From: Callorhinchus milii
Lineage: Eukaryota
Assembly (NCBI RefSeq): GCF_018977255.1
Contig: NW_024704743.1
Location: 89,778,001-89,842,000, forward strand
DNA length: 64,000 nt
Reading direction: 5' to 3'
Shown: positions 24,887-37,905 of the stretch, one piece after another
Layout: every line of letters starts with the position of its first letter
How positions within the stretch are numbered: position 1 is the first letter of the stretch
Notes under the pieces: generated by a model
What the model saw: only the letters and a program-made list of their open reading frames with translations
Told to the model about the DNA's origin: nothing
The model's database searches: none
Program-made: the position numbers and the translations under genes

Positions 24887-25988
24887 GAAGATCTGTGGAG
24901 GCAGGCTGTGACTGGGACCAGTTTCACTGCAACAATGGGAAATGTGTCCCTGAGATCTGGAAATGCAACACCATGGACGAGTGTGGGGACAATTCTGATG
25001 AATTGCTGTGTGAGAGGTCAACACCCCCGACTGCTTTTCCTTTTCAGCCTTGTACGTATAATGAGTTCCAGTGTCTCTCCCGGTACACTCCGGCTTACAC
25101 CTGCTTACCCGAGACTTTGCGATGTGATGGGAATATCGATTGCCTGGATTTGGAAGACGAAATAAATTGCGATGTCCCTACTTGTGAGGAGCAGCTGAGA
25201 AACTTTTATGGTGCTTTTAACTCTCCAAATTATCCTGCCTTTTACCCACCTGGAAGCAACTGCACGTGGCTGATAGATACAGGAGACCGGCGCAAAGTTA
25301 TTTTGCGTTTCACTGACTTTAAATTGGATGGCACAGGCTATGGGGATTATGTCAAAGTGTACGATGGCCTGGAGGAAAATTCGCGCAAGTTGCTCCGCGT
25401 CCTGACGTCATTTGATTCCCGGCCACCTATCACGGTGATCGCTTCATCTGGAAAGTTGCGGGTACATTTTTATGCAGACAAAGTGAATGCAGCCAGAGGC
25501 TTTAACGCTACTTACCAAGTTGAAGGCTTTTGCCTGCCCTGGGAGATTCCATGTGGCGGCAATTGGGGCTGCTACACTGAGCAGCAGCGTTGTGATGGTT
25601 ATTGGCATTGTCCAAATGGAAGAGATGAGCGCAATTGCAGCTTATGCCAGAAGGACGAGTTTCCCTGTTCTCGTAATGGTGTATGTTACCCTTTGTCTGA
25701 CCGTTGCAACTACCAGAACCATTGTCCCAATGGCTCAGATGAGAAGAATTGTTTCTTTTGCCAGCCTGGTAATTTCCACTGTAAGAACAACCGTTGTGTG
25801 TTTGAGAGCTGGGTCTGCGATGCACAGGATGACTGTGGGGATGGCAGTGATGAGGAAAATTGCCCAGTGATTGTACCCACTCGGGTGATAACTGCAGCAG
25901 TCATCGGAAGTTTAATCTGTGGACTGCTTCTCGTCATTGCTCTGGGATGTACCTGCAAACTCTATTCACTGCGAATGTTTGAGCGCAG
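24887..25988 (+). CDS. LRP12: LRP12 large exon: LDLa x2, CUB2, LDLa x3, transmembrane helix, start of cytoplasmic tail (1102 bp)
   Basis: tttcAG ends 24886 and GTaagt starts 25989. The open frame has LDLa repeats (CDWDQFHCNNGKC...CGDNSDE), CUB (FNSPNYPAFYPPGSNCTWLIDTGD) and TM VITAAVIGSLICGLLLVIALGCTCKLYSLRMFERR, typical of LRP12. Confidence 0.97.
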
Positions 25989-28349
25989 GTAAGTGCTTGC
26001 TAGAGTTTGTGGGTTGGTTTGAATGTTCAGATACATTACAAGGAATGAGTTCCAAAGCATAAGGACAGTCACTGACTTTCAGTTGTTGTCGGATTATTGA
26101 TTCTAATAAATGATACTCGCAAGCTGAAATTATTTGTTTATATATATTGCTTGCATTTGATACAGTGTCTTTCACATTGGGAGGACGTGTCAAAGTGCTT
26201 CACAGGATATAGTGTAAAGTATAGTGACTGTATTTATCAGCAATTTTGAGTAAAATGGTGGAAAATACTGCTTGCTTGTTGAGGGGTGGAAAAGAAGGGG
26301 TGAGGAGAAGGAGATCCCCTTATGGAATCTTCTTGTCTGCCTAAATAGGAGTTTTCAGACTGGGGTTTGGTACTTCCTCTTTGAAAAAGAGGAAACTGAA
26401 GAGCACGTCACCCTATACATCGAAAAAGCAGAACAATGCTTGATGTCTTTTTGGGGGATGGATTGTATCTTTTGGGGACATGATTAGGGTGTAAGGTGTA
26501 TCTTTTTGGGGAGTAATGATACTTGGTTTAGACTAGAGGATGATGAAAGTGGGAAATTATGTCTTCAGATGGTGAACAGTTAATAAATCTTGTTGGATTA
26601 ATAAGTAATTTGTGTGTCCCAACACTCCAACTCATTAGTAACTGCTGGCAGCACAGGTACTTATTGGATCTTGGTTGGCAGCAACTAGCAATAATGGAAA
26701 CTGTGACACAAGTATTGATTGACCGGACTGATGTCTCATGCAGTGGTTTTCTATTTCCTACATGATATAATGCAGTGGTAGCCAACCTATTTGGTCGGCC
26801 AACCAAATTCCTTTTTTTTTCATTTACGGTGGTGTCATGGGTATCGTGGCTCGGTAACTACTGGAATCAAGGTATTGATTTGGGTGTGGACTTGCCTGGA
26901 CTCCTGTGGGTGTTTGGCTTCTTGACGTTCCAAAAAGTCAGTGGTGATCGACCAGTCGGAGACCCTGATGTAATGCATTTCAAATGTAATCTCACAAAAA
27001 CATTTTTAAAATCTTACAAGCTTTGTAACGGTGAGGTAGTAACTTCTCTAATAGTTTCTAATTGTACGGCCAACTTTCTGGGCCAGGAAACTTGGAGAAG
27101 TCAAGCCTCTTAGTGGAGTCCAACCCTTTGCATTGTTACTGGAACTTCCCGTGGAGATCCCTAAGGTTTCCTCAATCTGAAAAGAGAATTCACTCCCTTT
27201 GGTTAATCACCCTTCTGTTTTCGTACATTTGGTTCCTCTTCTGGTCTTTTGTATATAATTCGCCTGAGGGACTGAAGTTTATCTACAAAAATAACAGCTT
27301 GCATTTATATCCTGCATCTTGGACCACATGGTACGTGGAGATTTAGAGGATGAGTTAATATAGTGGGGGTTTGTCCCTCTATTTCCAGTTTGATTCTCCC
27401 TCCTGGAACACACACCTTTGCTCTAGTTTCTTCTTTCCTCCTTTTTCTTGCTGTTTGATCTTTTTATTCCTGAGCATTTTATGTTCCACCGAGGGGCTCT
27501 CCCTGATTTTTTTGGTGTGATTTAAGACTAATTTAAATTTGAGTTGGACACCCACTTTCCTTCCAGTACCAAAAAAAAATTAATTACTTTCTATGAACAA
27601 TGTTTAAGCAATAAGCCTCACAATCTCCAATCAATTTGGATATTCATGCAAGTAGAGTGCAGTCTCTTAAGTTTTTATTCTTTGAGCTTTTTTGGAAAGT
27701 AAATTTCTTTTTCCATCATACTCTGGTTTGACACAGCTCTGCTTCTGACTCATTAAGCAATGCCACTGATCTGTCACCCGACTGAATTCGGATCCAGCCA
27801 CTGTCTATTCTTGACTGCCAAGCAGCATCATTGTAGGGAAATCCCAGCCAGCCAGAGTAATCACATAATCTTTCTGGAGAATATGTAATTTTATTTTTTT
27901 AATAGCATTACAATTAATGCCTTGGGTAAGTCGATTTAAAAATGAGAAGTTATTGTAAAGGGAAGCAATATTCATGTCCAGTAACTTGGTGGTGAGATCT
28001 CTTACATTTTAAACTGCTGCCAGTGAACAATAATCCTCTACTGACAGCTGTTCCAAATTGACCAGCAAACTGTCTTTTCATGAGAACAGACCTTGTATGC
28101 TGATAACTGGAAGTACTTCCTCTGAGCATTTTCCTTTTATTCCTTTGAAGTCATGGCTAAAGTTTAAATCTTTGCAAACAAAATACTCGAATACCATTGT
28201 TAAAATCAGAAATTGTTAAATTCTAGAATTTGTACCTTTATTTTGAATACATATCCTGTTTCTTAATTTGGTTAATATCCACAATTTCTCACATGCTGAG
28301 TTCCTAATCCCTACCATAAGAAAGTGTAGAGTGAAAACTAAGTACAGTA

Positions 28350-28527
28350 CTTCTCTTCGACCGTGCCTTCAGCTCCCCTCTCGACTCTCTACCCCCTCCT
28401 CGCTCCCTCCCTTCCCTCCCCTCACCCTGACCATTACCCCCCTGCTCGGGTCCCGACCCAACTGTCCAGCGCCTTGGGACGTCCTCCCGACGTGAAAGGC
28501 GCTCTATAAATGAAATGTTGTTGTTGT
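28350..28527 (+). mobile_element. Short young L2 3' end
   Basis: Nearly identical to 18763-18932. Confidence 0.9.
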
Positions 28528-29913
28528 TCCTCACAAGTGGTGAGAGTGAACAGATAACAACAAGCTGGTCTCCTAATGCACTTGACGTCAGAATTGCATT
28601 GATCTGCAGAAATAGATTGGGAATGTTGCAAATAGCATTTAAACCTCAAAGGAAATGGAAAGAAAATAACACACACTAGACAAGGCCATTTTTTTCTAAA
28701 CGTTGTCTTAAGGTTGAAAGGATTTATCAATTATGAATGATTCCAAAACATTAAATATTAGAGGTGTAAATATTATTTGTTGTTGAATGTAATAGTCCAA
28801 TATTTACTCGAAGATCACTCATCTTGGGGTCCGTGTGATTTTAAAAATAATAGAAACTATTTTGCAGGTGACTTAAATTAGTAAAATTAACATGAGTGTG
28901 TCGTGGAGGAAAAACAACTCAGCATTTTCAGCGCAACTGAATTCCATTCCCTAAGAATTCTCTCTAAATTTATATTCACATTCCTAAAATATGGCGATTT
29001 CTGGACTGCAGCCTCATTTTTCTTTTGCTGTAATGAGGTTGGGGTGGGGTTGAATAATCTGTAAATATCTGCTGGCCATGTGCATCAGACTTTCTGGTAC
29101 TTCAACCGCAGCATGAGGGATGGTCTTTCACCTAACACGAAGGAGCCTTTAAGGAAAGTCAGGGAAGATAGTTTACATACTTGGAGTGTACTATTAGAAA
29201 CTCAGTCACCACCTAATTAGTTATTCAGCTGAAATATCACAATAGAAGGATGCATGTATTGTGAAAGAGTTGTTCATTGAGGTGCAGCGTTGATCAAAGA
29301 TAATTATGGGATTTATTGGGTGGGTAATCCAATAATCTTGAGTTGCTGATGCAGTGACTGAACCACAGCAAAACTAAATTGCAGTTGTGAGGTTTAACAA
29401 TAGGAAAGCTGGCTCCTTGGATGAGTCTAGTAAGCAGGCTATTTCAGTCTTATTACTAATGGTGGACTCCTGGCCTGCGAATATTCATGTAGCTTTGGTT
29501 ACTTCTGGTTGTTCTATTCCACATACGAATTTGGGTGTTTCACCAGATATTTGTGAAGAGGAGAGAATGGCAATGTGCAATTTGGAAAGCATTCTAAATG
29601 TACTCTTATTGGCCCAGTAAAAAAGAGAATCTCTGGAAGTATATTATTCCTACAGACATGGGAAACTTTATATCACTGGTGATGGTGTTTAAGTGATGAC
29701 TAGACTTATCAGGAGCTGAAGAGGCTGTTATTCTGAGAATTGCCATTGTAGCAGGGCTTGATTCATTTTTCGGTGAAATAATTGTAAACTAATACAGTGA
29801 TATTGCATCCAATTGCTTGTCAAAAGTTAAAATGTGAACGATAACAAAAGCATCTGTGCCAGTGTTGGAGGGTGAGGAAGCAAAAAATCTAATTGTTTTC
29901 TTTCTCTTCTAAG

Positions 29914-30046
29914 ATCCTTCGAAACCCACTTGTCAAGAGTTGAAGCTGAGTTGTTGCGAAGAGAAGCTCCTCCATCCTATGGCCAGTTGATCGCACAAGG
30001 CTTGATACCCCCAGTGGAGGATTTTCCTGTTTGTTCGTCAAACCAG
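29914..30046 (+). CDS. LRP12: LRP12 penultimate coding exon (133 bp)
   Basis: ttctaAG ends 29913 and GTaaat starts 30047. Translates (R)SFETHLSRVEAELLRREAPPSYGQLIAQGLIPPVEDFPVCSSNQ; the phase-2 start matches the preceding exon. Confidence 0.96.
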
Positions 30047-31280
30047 GTAAATAGTGATGGATTGTACACCAAGGCTTGCAGACAAATTTTGCAACTTACA
30101 ATCGTGTGTCTTCATATATCTATATAAAAAAACAAAGCTGTAGACCCTGGCATCTGCATGATCTCATTGGTGAAAGTGAATCTTAGATTTGCCTGGAAAC
30201 TCTTTAGTAAATCTATTTGCTTGTGTATCGAACTGTGATCACTGAGCTGTGTGTTCAGACAGAATTTGAATTGGCTGATGTGCCTGTAATCTTGTTTGTT
30301 TGAGAGATATTTGCATTTCTGTTTGCTCAGAAGTATTTTGTGCTGCAAGGTGTTGCCCTTGTTTTCAGGTGTTAACGAGAGTGTACAATTAGTAAACCGA
30401 AGAAAATCAATTCTTAAGAATCTCAAATCAAACGTGCACTTAATCTTTAAGGGTCAAACAGTGATCTATTAAGCTTCCACCCCAGGATGAGTGTGTTCCT
30501 AGCAGAAACTAAGAAATAAGACTTAGAAATTTGGTACAACATGTTAAAGTATTGGCAGTACAGATATGCCACGAAGGGGTTCAGATTTAGTGTGGACTCA
30601 TGATATCATTCATGGTGGAAGTAAGGCATATTCCAGAGTGCAAGGTTTGTGGTTTTAGCAGGTTAACCTCCAGCAATACCCCAGCGCTGTCATTCTCAGA
30701 AATTAGGTAAGCAGGGTGCATCTCTTTGGGGAGAGATTGCACATTCCATTCCAGACATGGGAATTTCCATGTGCATGTACATACATGGAGCTTTCAGGTT
30801 AGTGATGGGTTTCTGCAAGTGGCAAATACCCAGCTGACCCCAAAAAATCCTCAAAGAATAAATGTGAAAAATAGTTCTTCTCATCACCCTAACACCTCCT
30901 TGAGAACAAACAGCATTTGCAGACGTCTGAAAATATGATGCTTGTCTGACCTAACGGGTCGCTCTGTTAGAACCGAGGACACTTAAATAAAAGGAGAAAA
31001 TTGATTTAAAAGTGAGAAAATAAAATCTGTTCATGAAAACTGCAAGCAAACCGCATATGAAGTTGAATTGAACAATATGTATGGTGCAAATTTAAATTTT
31101 GTGATCTAAGATCTGTGCAAAGTTAAATGCAGCAAATAGGGCAATAATTGAGAGAGGTCAGAAAAGCTTCAAAGTGAATTTCAGAGTGATATTCAACCTG
31201 ACAAGCAAGTTACGAAGGACATATGTAGAAGCCAGTTCTGAAACTATCCACATGACTGTCAACACCTTGAAAAGATTGTA

Positions 31281-31541
31281 GTTCGATTCCTGGCAGGGCA
31301 AAATCTTGGGCCATTTTCCTTATTCCACACGCCTGATAATAATACCTCAAGAAAGAAAAAACAATAATAAATTGGTTACTTCAATCCACGACTGTTTGTG
31401 GGACATTGCTATGCGCAATTGGCTGCTGAACTTCGCTCACAAATATACAGTCAATTCACTTTACAGTATATTCTCTGAAGCGTTTTGAGACATCTCGAAG
31501 ACGTGAAAAGCACTATATCAAATGCAAGGATTATTTTATTA
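31281..31541 (+). mobile_element. tRNA-derived SINE, 5'-truncated
   Basis: Same body and tail as the copies at 6971 and 57255. Confidence 0.88.
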
Positions 31542-33725
31542 TAGTGATGGTCTAGGAGCTCTCAACAATCTCAGCTTTGCTTTTATCCCCTTGTTAATTG
31601 TAGATAATTTTAATTTTGTTTGAAATTGCTATAGAGTTTCATAATATTTATGTTCATAGTATATCTTGCAAGTATAAATTTAATTTATCAACCTATGGGT
31701 TACTAAAGTCTGGAGCGCAGCTGTTTAAACATACGGCATGGGTTTGTGCCCAGTGTGGAGAGTTCAGCCATCCAGTTTATTAAAAAAAATGTTTTCTGTG
31801 ACTGGTTCAGACTGTGAAGATCAGGCCCCAGTAATCCCAAATCCCTTTTTAAATATATGTTTATTGAAAAGGGAAACTGCTTGTTCTGGTGGAAATCTGA
31901 ACTTCTAAGTGTGCTCACTGCCTGACTTTGAATGCATACAGCAATTTTTCCTGTTGTACTCTTTTATGGTGGAATTCCTGGCCCTTTGCCCTTTATCCTT
32001 TGTATGCTGCAATCACAAGTTTCTCTTATAGCGGTGAACACCAATTTATTTTAGTAGAGACTTGTTTGGGTGGGGTCCTGGGTTGTTTTGAAAGGCTTCA
32101 GTTAATCAGACAATGTCAATAATTGCTGACCTTGTATGGATCACTGTAAGGCCTTTTCTGGGATATCTTGCTATTTTGGTCACCCTAACTCCAGAAGTAC
32201 ATAAAAGCATTGGAAACAATTTTAAAGTACCCAGGGTAATTCCAGCTCTTCAAAGTCTAAATTTATTTAACTTGAGAGATAATTGATTTTTATTGGAACA
32301 AATATTGAGAAGGAGCATGATGAAGGTTTTTTTTATGCTGGGTACTGAAAGGTAGAGATAACTCTTTGTTTGTAAGTATGCTATTAAACTCTCAATGAAT
32401 GTACAAGAGGAAAGAAGTATAAAATATACAAATCTCTGTTGAAATTAAAGATTAATATGTATTTTGTGTGATGACCTGTTAACCGTATTTTTTCCATATC
32501 CACCATGGAGCTGTTTCTAATTTGTGCAGATAATGGGCTCTCCACTGTACTCAGTGAGCATGGAGATCTGTGCTACTGGGACTGCTGGAAGACAGACAGC
32601 CAGGGCTGAACAAGGGGAATCAATACATTTTTGGGAATGTTTATTGACCTTTGGTGGTTTAAGTCAAAAAAATGTAAAACCTTGTAATGGCAGATCAAAT
32701 GATGTGTTTGCCCTTGATGTAATAATTATGCATAGCCCCTGGAAGAAACAAGCTTATTGGTTGAATGGCTTTCCTATACACAAAGTTCCACTGGACTTTC
32801 ACCTCTACATTTGGTAATATGCTCTGCAATTCAAGGCATAAAGTACATATGTTGCTTTTGTACAGCTCAAAATCATCTGTGAATCTTGAGAAAATGTGAG
32901 CAGCTTGTACAAAATCACTACCACCTCATTATTTCTAGCAATGAAGACAGATGTTAGTGATTTTAGATTCCGATACCTTTCCTGGAACGAAGCTGACTAT
33001 GTTCAGAATGGGTGCATTCAGCATTCATTGCATTAAATGTGATGAAGGTGGACTTTAGTTGCGATGCTTATTGCAACTTCTGTGAATGTGGACTTGTGAA
33101 TCTTGGCCTTTAACTGCCTATCAGCAGGATACTGGCTTTTTGACAATCAATTAAAAACCATGATCAGTAAATCAATAACATGGTCCTGATTTCTCTAATA
33201 TTGCCACTGAGAATTGATTGGGAGAGTCTGTTTGTGGCACATTTGATGTGAAAAATGTGCTGCTAAATTGAAGCCAAAGTTCCATTAATTAAATTCTTTT
33301 TTTTCAATATGGAATTTGATAAATTCAGATCTATACTTTATATTTGCTTAAAGCAAGCTCGATAGATAAATGTTGCAGAATTTCAAAGTAGAGCTTGTGA
33401 AACCTATTTTGTCCAAGTTAAGTAACCACGTCTGGTTTTGTTGACTGTTAACTATTTAGGGTACGTTATGCTCAAAATTGTATATGGAATTTTAAATTTT
33501 ATATATATTTTTGCATGTGGCATTAATTATCCACCAAAAGTGGTGGTTAAAGCAGAATTTCTAATGGCTTTGAAAAAGAAAATTTGAAACGGATATAAGA
33601 AAAGGGCAGGGGAGTGGGACTGAATGTATTTTAGAGAGCCATCACAAGTCTCCTCTGTAGAATCTTATGATTAAGTCTGCTATAAAGTTCTCCTCTGAAT
33701 CTAACGTTATTCAATTGTATTTTAG

Positions 33726-34589
33726 GCATCTGTATTGGAAAACCTCCGTTTGGCAGTCCGGTCGCAACTTGGACTTGCCCCTGTCCGGTCTTCCACATCC
33801 AACAGACGACCCAATAACCTTTGGAGCCGTGTTTTTCGGTTTGCAAGATCCAGGAATTCAGCGTCCTTAGCACTTGTGTCAACAGATGGAGATGGTGTGT
33901 CTGGAGAACAGACAGCAACCAGGGAACCTGAAAGAAGCAGCTTGCACAGAGGCCTCCTGACCCTCGAGGCCGATGATACAGATAGTGAGCGGAGAGACGT
34001 GCCAGGAGCTGTTGGTGGAGTTGTAGCTCCTCTGCCTCAAAAAGCTGCACCGACTTCTGCAGTCGAGGCTGTTCTCGGAGCAAATGGTAGCTCCTCAGGC
34101 CACCATACTAATAACACTGTTGGTAGTGTCCTCACCCAATTGGGAAGCTCAGAGCAGCCCAGCATCAGTCCAGCGAGACAGCAGCTGAGCAGTGCCCTGA
34201 GCCTTGTGACTCGGAGTCTGCGGCGGGTGCGTTTTTCTATTGTGCGATCCAGTTCTGCAAGTCAGAACCAGAGCCCCCTGCGGCAGCTGGATACCGGTGT
34301 CCACGGGCAAGCAGAGGATGATGATGTTGAATTATTGATCCCTGTTTCTGATGGAGCATCAGAGGTAGATATGAGGGACGGTGGCAGACCAATCACTGAG
34401 CTCGCCCCTGACAGGTTGCAGGGAACCCGGCAGCACCACAGTTCAGCAACTCACAGAGAACGTTCTAATAGCAGAGACGGGCCTTGCGAGCACTGTGGAA
34501 TGGTACATACAGCCCAGATACCCGACGTGTGCCGAGAGGCTGCAGTAAAGAACGAAGCCAGTGACGACGAAGCGTTGCTTGTCTGTTAG
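33726..34589 (+). CDS. LRP12: LRP12 terminal coding exon (cytoplasmic tail to stop)
   Basis: ttttAG ends 33725. Translates ASVLENLRLAVRSQLG...DDDVELLIP...CEHCGMVHTAQIPDVC...SDDEALLVC*, with two acidic dileucine DxxLL sorting motifs as in LRP3/10/12. Confidence 0.95.
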   Translation, partial: ASVLENLRLAVRSQLGLAPVRSSTSNRRPNNLWSRVFRFARSRNSASLALVSTDGDGVSGEQTATREPERSSLHRGLLTLEADDTDSERRDVPGAVGGVVAPLPQKAAPTSAVEAVLGANGSSSGHHTNNTVGSVLTQLGSSEQPSISPARQQLSSALSLVTRSLRRVRFSIVRSSSASQNQSPLRQLDTGVHGQAEDDDVELLIPVSDGASEVDMRDGGRPITELAPDRLQGTRQHHSSATHRERSNSRDGPCEHCGMVHTAQIPDVCREAAVKNEASDDEALLVC

Positions 34590-35019
34590 CTGTGCAACGA
34601 TACGTCAACGATCGCTTTTATTTATGCTCATTGATAACGATGCATATTGTGATTTTAAGCTCTTTCGGTACTTGGAGGAAAAACTGGATTTGTGTGCGAC
34701 TTTTGTCAAATACCATATTTATTACGTTTAATTTGGGAGTCCACTAAACGCATGGTGACAAGTTCCGTGCATTTTTTCGGCTCGCATGTTACGCAGTCAC
34801 GATTTTAAAAAAAACTACCAAAACTGTTGTGTAGAATATGTAGAATGAAAATGAATTATGACTTAAGTTCCTGCTTCTATTATTTTTTCCTAGCTGTTTC
34901 TAGAATATTGTCTATTTATTGCTTTTTGTCATAAATTGCATGTTTTATGATTTTTAATTGATAGGCTGCTGAGTGCCTAAAAAAAATGGAGTTTGGAACA
35001 TGCAACAATGTAAAACACA

Positions 35020-35025
35020 AATAAA
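35020..35025 (+). terminator. Candidate LRP12 polyadenylation signal (AATAAA)
   Basis: AATAAA about 430 nt after the stop codon, followed by T-rich sequence. Usage unverified. Confidence 0.35.
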
Positions 35026-35439
35026 AATCAACTTTTACAATAATGATTTTTTTTTACTCGTCCCTCTTCTCTTTCAGGGAAAAAAAATTGTAGGCGTAAT
35101 TGCTACTCTGCTGTGTTTGTTGTGATTATGAACGATTGATACTCACTTGAAAGCCATGATGATGCTTCATCTGGCTTTTACCTTTGTGAGTGACGCACTC
35201 CATTTGAAGATGATCAAGTGTAAGCTGTATAAACAAACCAGTGTTCTGCTCAGAATATTTTATTTTTGTGGTAATGTTTCTTTGAGGCTTGAAGATGCTT
35301 AGCTAATATACTGTAATTCTTTTAAAACAAATTGTGAATTTCTATGTGCATGCTTTTAATGTCATTAGTTTTGCCAATGCTCGTGATTTATATTTTCTTT
35401 AAAAGCAAAAATCCAGAGGTTATTGGTTAAAGATTTCAA

Positions 35440-35820
35440 CAGGATAAAGCTGCACATATTACACCACATGCCACTGAAACCATCATTCACACTTTTGTTA
35501 CCTTATATTCTTGAATGCACTCCTTGCCGATCTCCCCAGATCCACCATCCGCAAGATCCAGCTAATCTAAAGCTCTGACATCTGCATCCTTGCCCACGAC
35601 AACATCTTTAGTCACTGTGCCTCTACCCTCTGGACCCCCTCCCTCTACCCTTGTGTCTCTCCCACCCCCACCGCATCAGTCTTTAAATCCTGCCTTAAAA
35701 ACTGCTTCACTGATCTTCCTATGGGCATCCTGCCCTTATCCCCTGCTTAGTGTATGACCCCCACCACTGTGAAACGCTCTGAGTCATTATGTGAAAGACG
35801 CTGTATAATTGCAAGGTCTT
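35440..35820 (+). mobile_element. Old L2 fragment
   Basis: ETIIHTFVT-like sequence and a gtgaaagacgctgtataattgcaag tail. Confidence 0.6.
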
Positions 35821-36337
35821 TTAAAGGGGTTCACGAGGGTTTCTAATTTTAAATAGTTTAGAAATGTAAAGAAACTCCCCTTTCTGTAATGAACATTATT
35901 CTCTGGCCAGGGATGTGGGCTGATAAGAAAGGCATATTAGTGCTGTTGGGTTTTTTTTCTTTTCTTGATCCTCCCTTGCCTGTGGGGAAATGCTGAACCT
36001 TCATTTACGTACATGAACGTATAGCCAGGGAGGAGCGAAAAAAAAATCTAAAGGACCATCAAGTTCACACCTGTGAGAGTTCCTGCCTAATAACACAGTT
36101 ACACATTTATCTGGGTACTAGCCACATCAGGGCAGATGGAAAACTGAGGAAACGAAAACAACATAACCAACAAATATTTGCATCTGAGAACCCAGTCAAA
36201 TTTACAGTTGCTATTTGGGAATTATAAGATACCAGCCTGTGTCCTATGGTGTGTTGCAAAGGTTGCAGTGACTGCACCAGTTTTCACAGGATGCAAATAT
36301 TTTTATGTGACCTGCATTTCAAATTACATATTGGACC

Positions 36338-36785
36338 ACACAATACTAAATTACATTTGTATTTCACGTTGGGAGGACGTCCCAAGGTGTTGAATATTCA
36401 GGGTTTTGATCCGAACGGTCAAAGAAGAGGGTTTTGAGACATGCCTTGAAGAAGGCAAGGAGGAAGCAAGGAGAAGAATGTGGGATGGAGTTCCAGAGGG
36501 TGGGAGCAGAAAGGCTGTAGGCCCGACTGCCGATGGTCTGGCGGGGGATGTGGAGTTTGTCAGAGGGCCTTGAAGGTGAGGACGAGGATTTTGAACTCTA
36601 TCCTCTGGGGGATGGGAAGCTAATGGAGCCAGGTGGGGTTGATGGGGTCACGGAGCCTGGTGCGGGAGAGGATGCGAGCTACAGAGTTCTGGATGAACTG
36701 CAGCTTGTGGAGTGAAGAGTTGGAAAGGCCGACAAGCAGGGAGTTGGCGTAGTCAAGCCTAGATGTGATGAACGTGTGAATGAGG
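36338..36785 (-). mobile_element. L2 3' fragment
   Basis: Reverse complement of the SRLDYANSLL/QLQFIQNS region and the tail. Confidence 0.82.
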
Positions 36786-37579
36786 GCAGCCACAATTGAG
36801 CTATAACATCGGTTTGGCCCTGGTGTGATGGCTATACAGCAAAAGTTGAGTCAAACCAAGAATTATTCAAAATGTGAACTTTTTAGGCTGAATCTGACCC
36901 ATATGTTTTTAAAATGTATATATTTTTTGGTCAGCTGGATATTTGACACAAGTGGAAATTCTTTGCTGTGCTTTTGTATCCAAATGAAACTATTGAGAGT
37001 TCCATATATGAATGGAAATTTCCCATGGTTTGTAATGGAAGGCATACTCTCGCTCTTCCTAGAAGGATGTACCTTGATGATTTAATACTGGAAAGTGTTT
37101 TTTTAGGAGGAGGTTGGCAAGAGTCTAAAGTCTGAGGCTTGTAATGATTATAAGAAGGCTCTTCCTCAGACGATGGGACTAAACGTTGTGGATTTCTCTT
37201 TGCCCCATTTATCTCCATGTTTATGAAACGCTGATAAAGGACCTATAGTTAAGAGGCCGAATTATTAACCTTAATCTCTGTTATATTAACAGTGTATTCT
37301 TTTAGCATAGTGTTAATGCATGTCTCACATTTGTTTGTAGCCTTGCTCATTTGGCAATACTTCAGTCTCTGGATCAGGACGTTGTAAGTTCAGAGGTTTA
37401 CATTGTGGGTGGCACCAACCTTTGGACAAGATATTCAGCTGAGGCCCTGACAATCTGTTACAATTCACGTTAAAGATCCAATTACACTATTAAAAATTAG
37501 GACTTTTTTTGTAGGATTCCAATAAGTTGTTCCTTCTGATCCTTCTAATAAATTGATTATTCACCTCATGGCAGTTAGT

Positions 37580-37905
37580 GAAAATAATTCCCGATTGCCT
37601 ACAAAGATGATCACTATACTTGATTGTAATTATTACCATCAAGTGAGTGACCAATTTATCTGGAGGATTATTGGCCAGGACAACCAGGAGAAGCTTCCTT
37701 CTTGTTTCAATTAATTTCACGGATTGTTTAATGTCCACCTGATTAGTAAGATAGGACCTTGATTTAGTATCTCATTTGACAGACTGCCCTCTAACACTGT
37801 ATTGGTCCACCAGCAATGGACTGGAATGCCAGTCTAGCCTCGTGGAACTTGAACCCACAAATCTTTGACCCAGAGGTGAGACTACTATTACTTGTCAGAC
37901 TCCAG
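37580..37905 (-). mobile_element. Old Deu-type SINE
   Basis: Reverse complement of the SINE body: tgaccaatttatctgg...tggccaggacaacc...ttaatgtccacctga...cttgaacccacaa. Confidence 0.65.

Noticed and set aside
33631..34083. Antisense and alternate-frame ORFs over LRP12 exons (also 24908, 25487, 25508, 25710)
   Set aside because: Shadow ORFs of the true coding frame.
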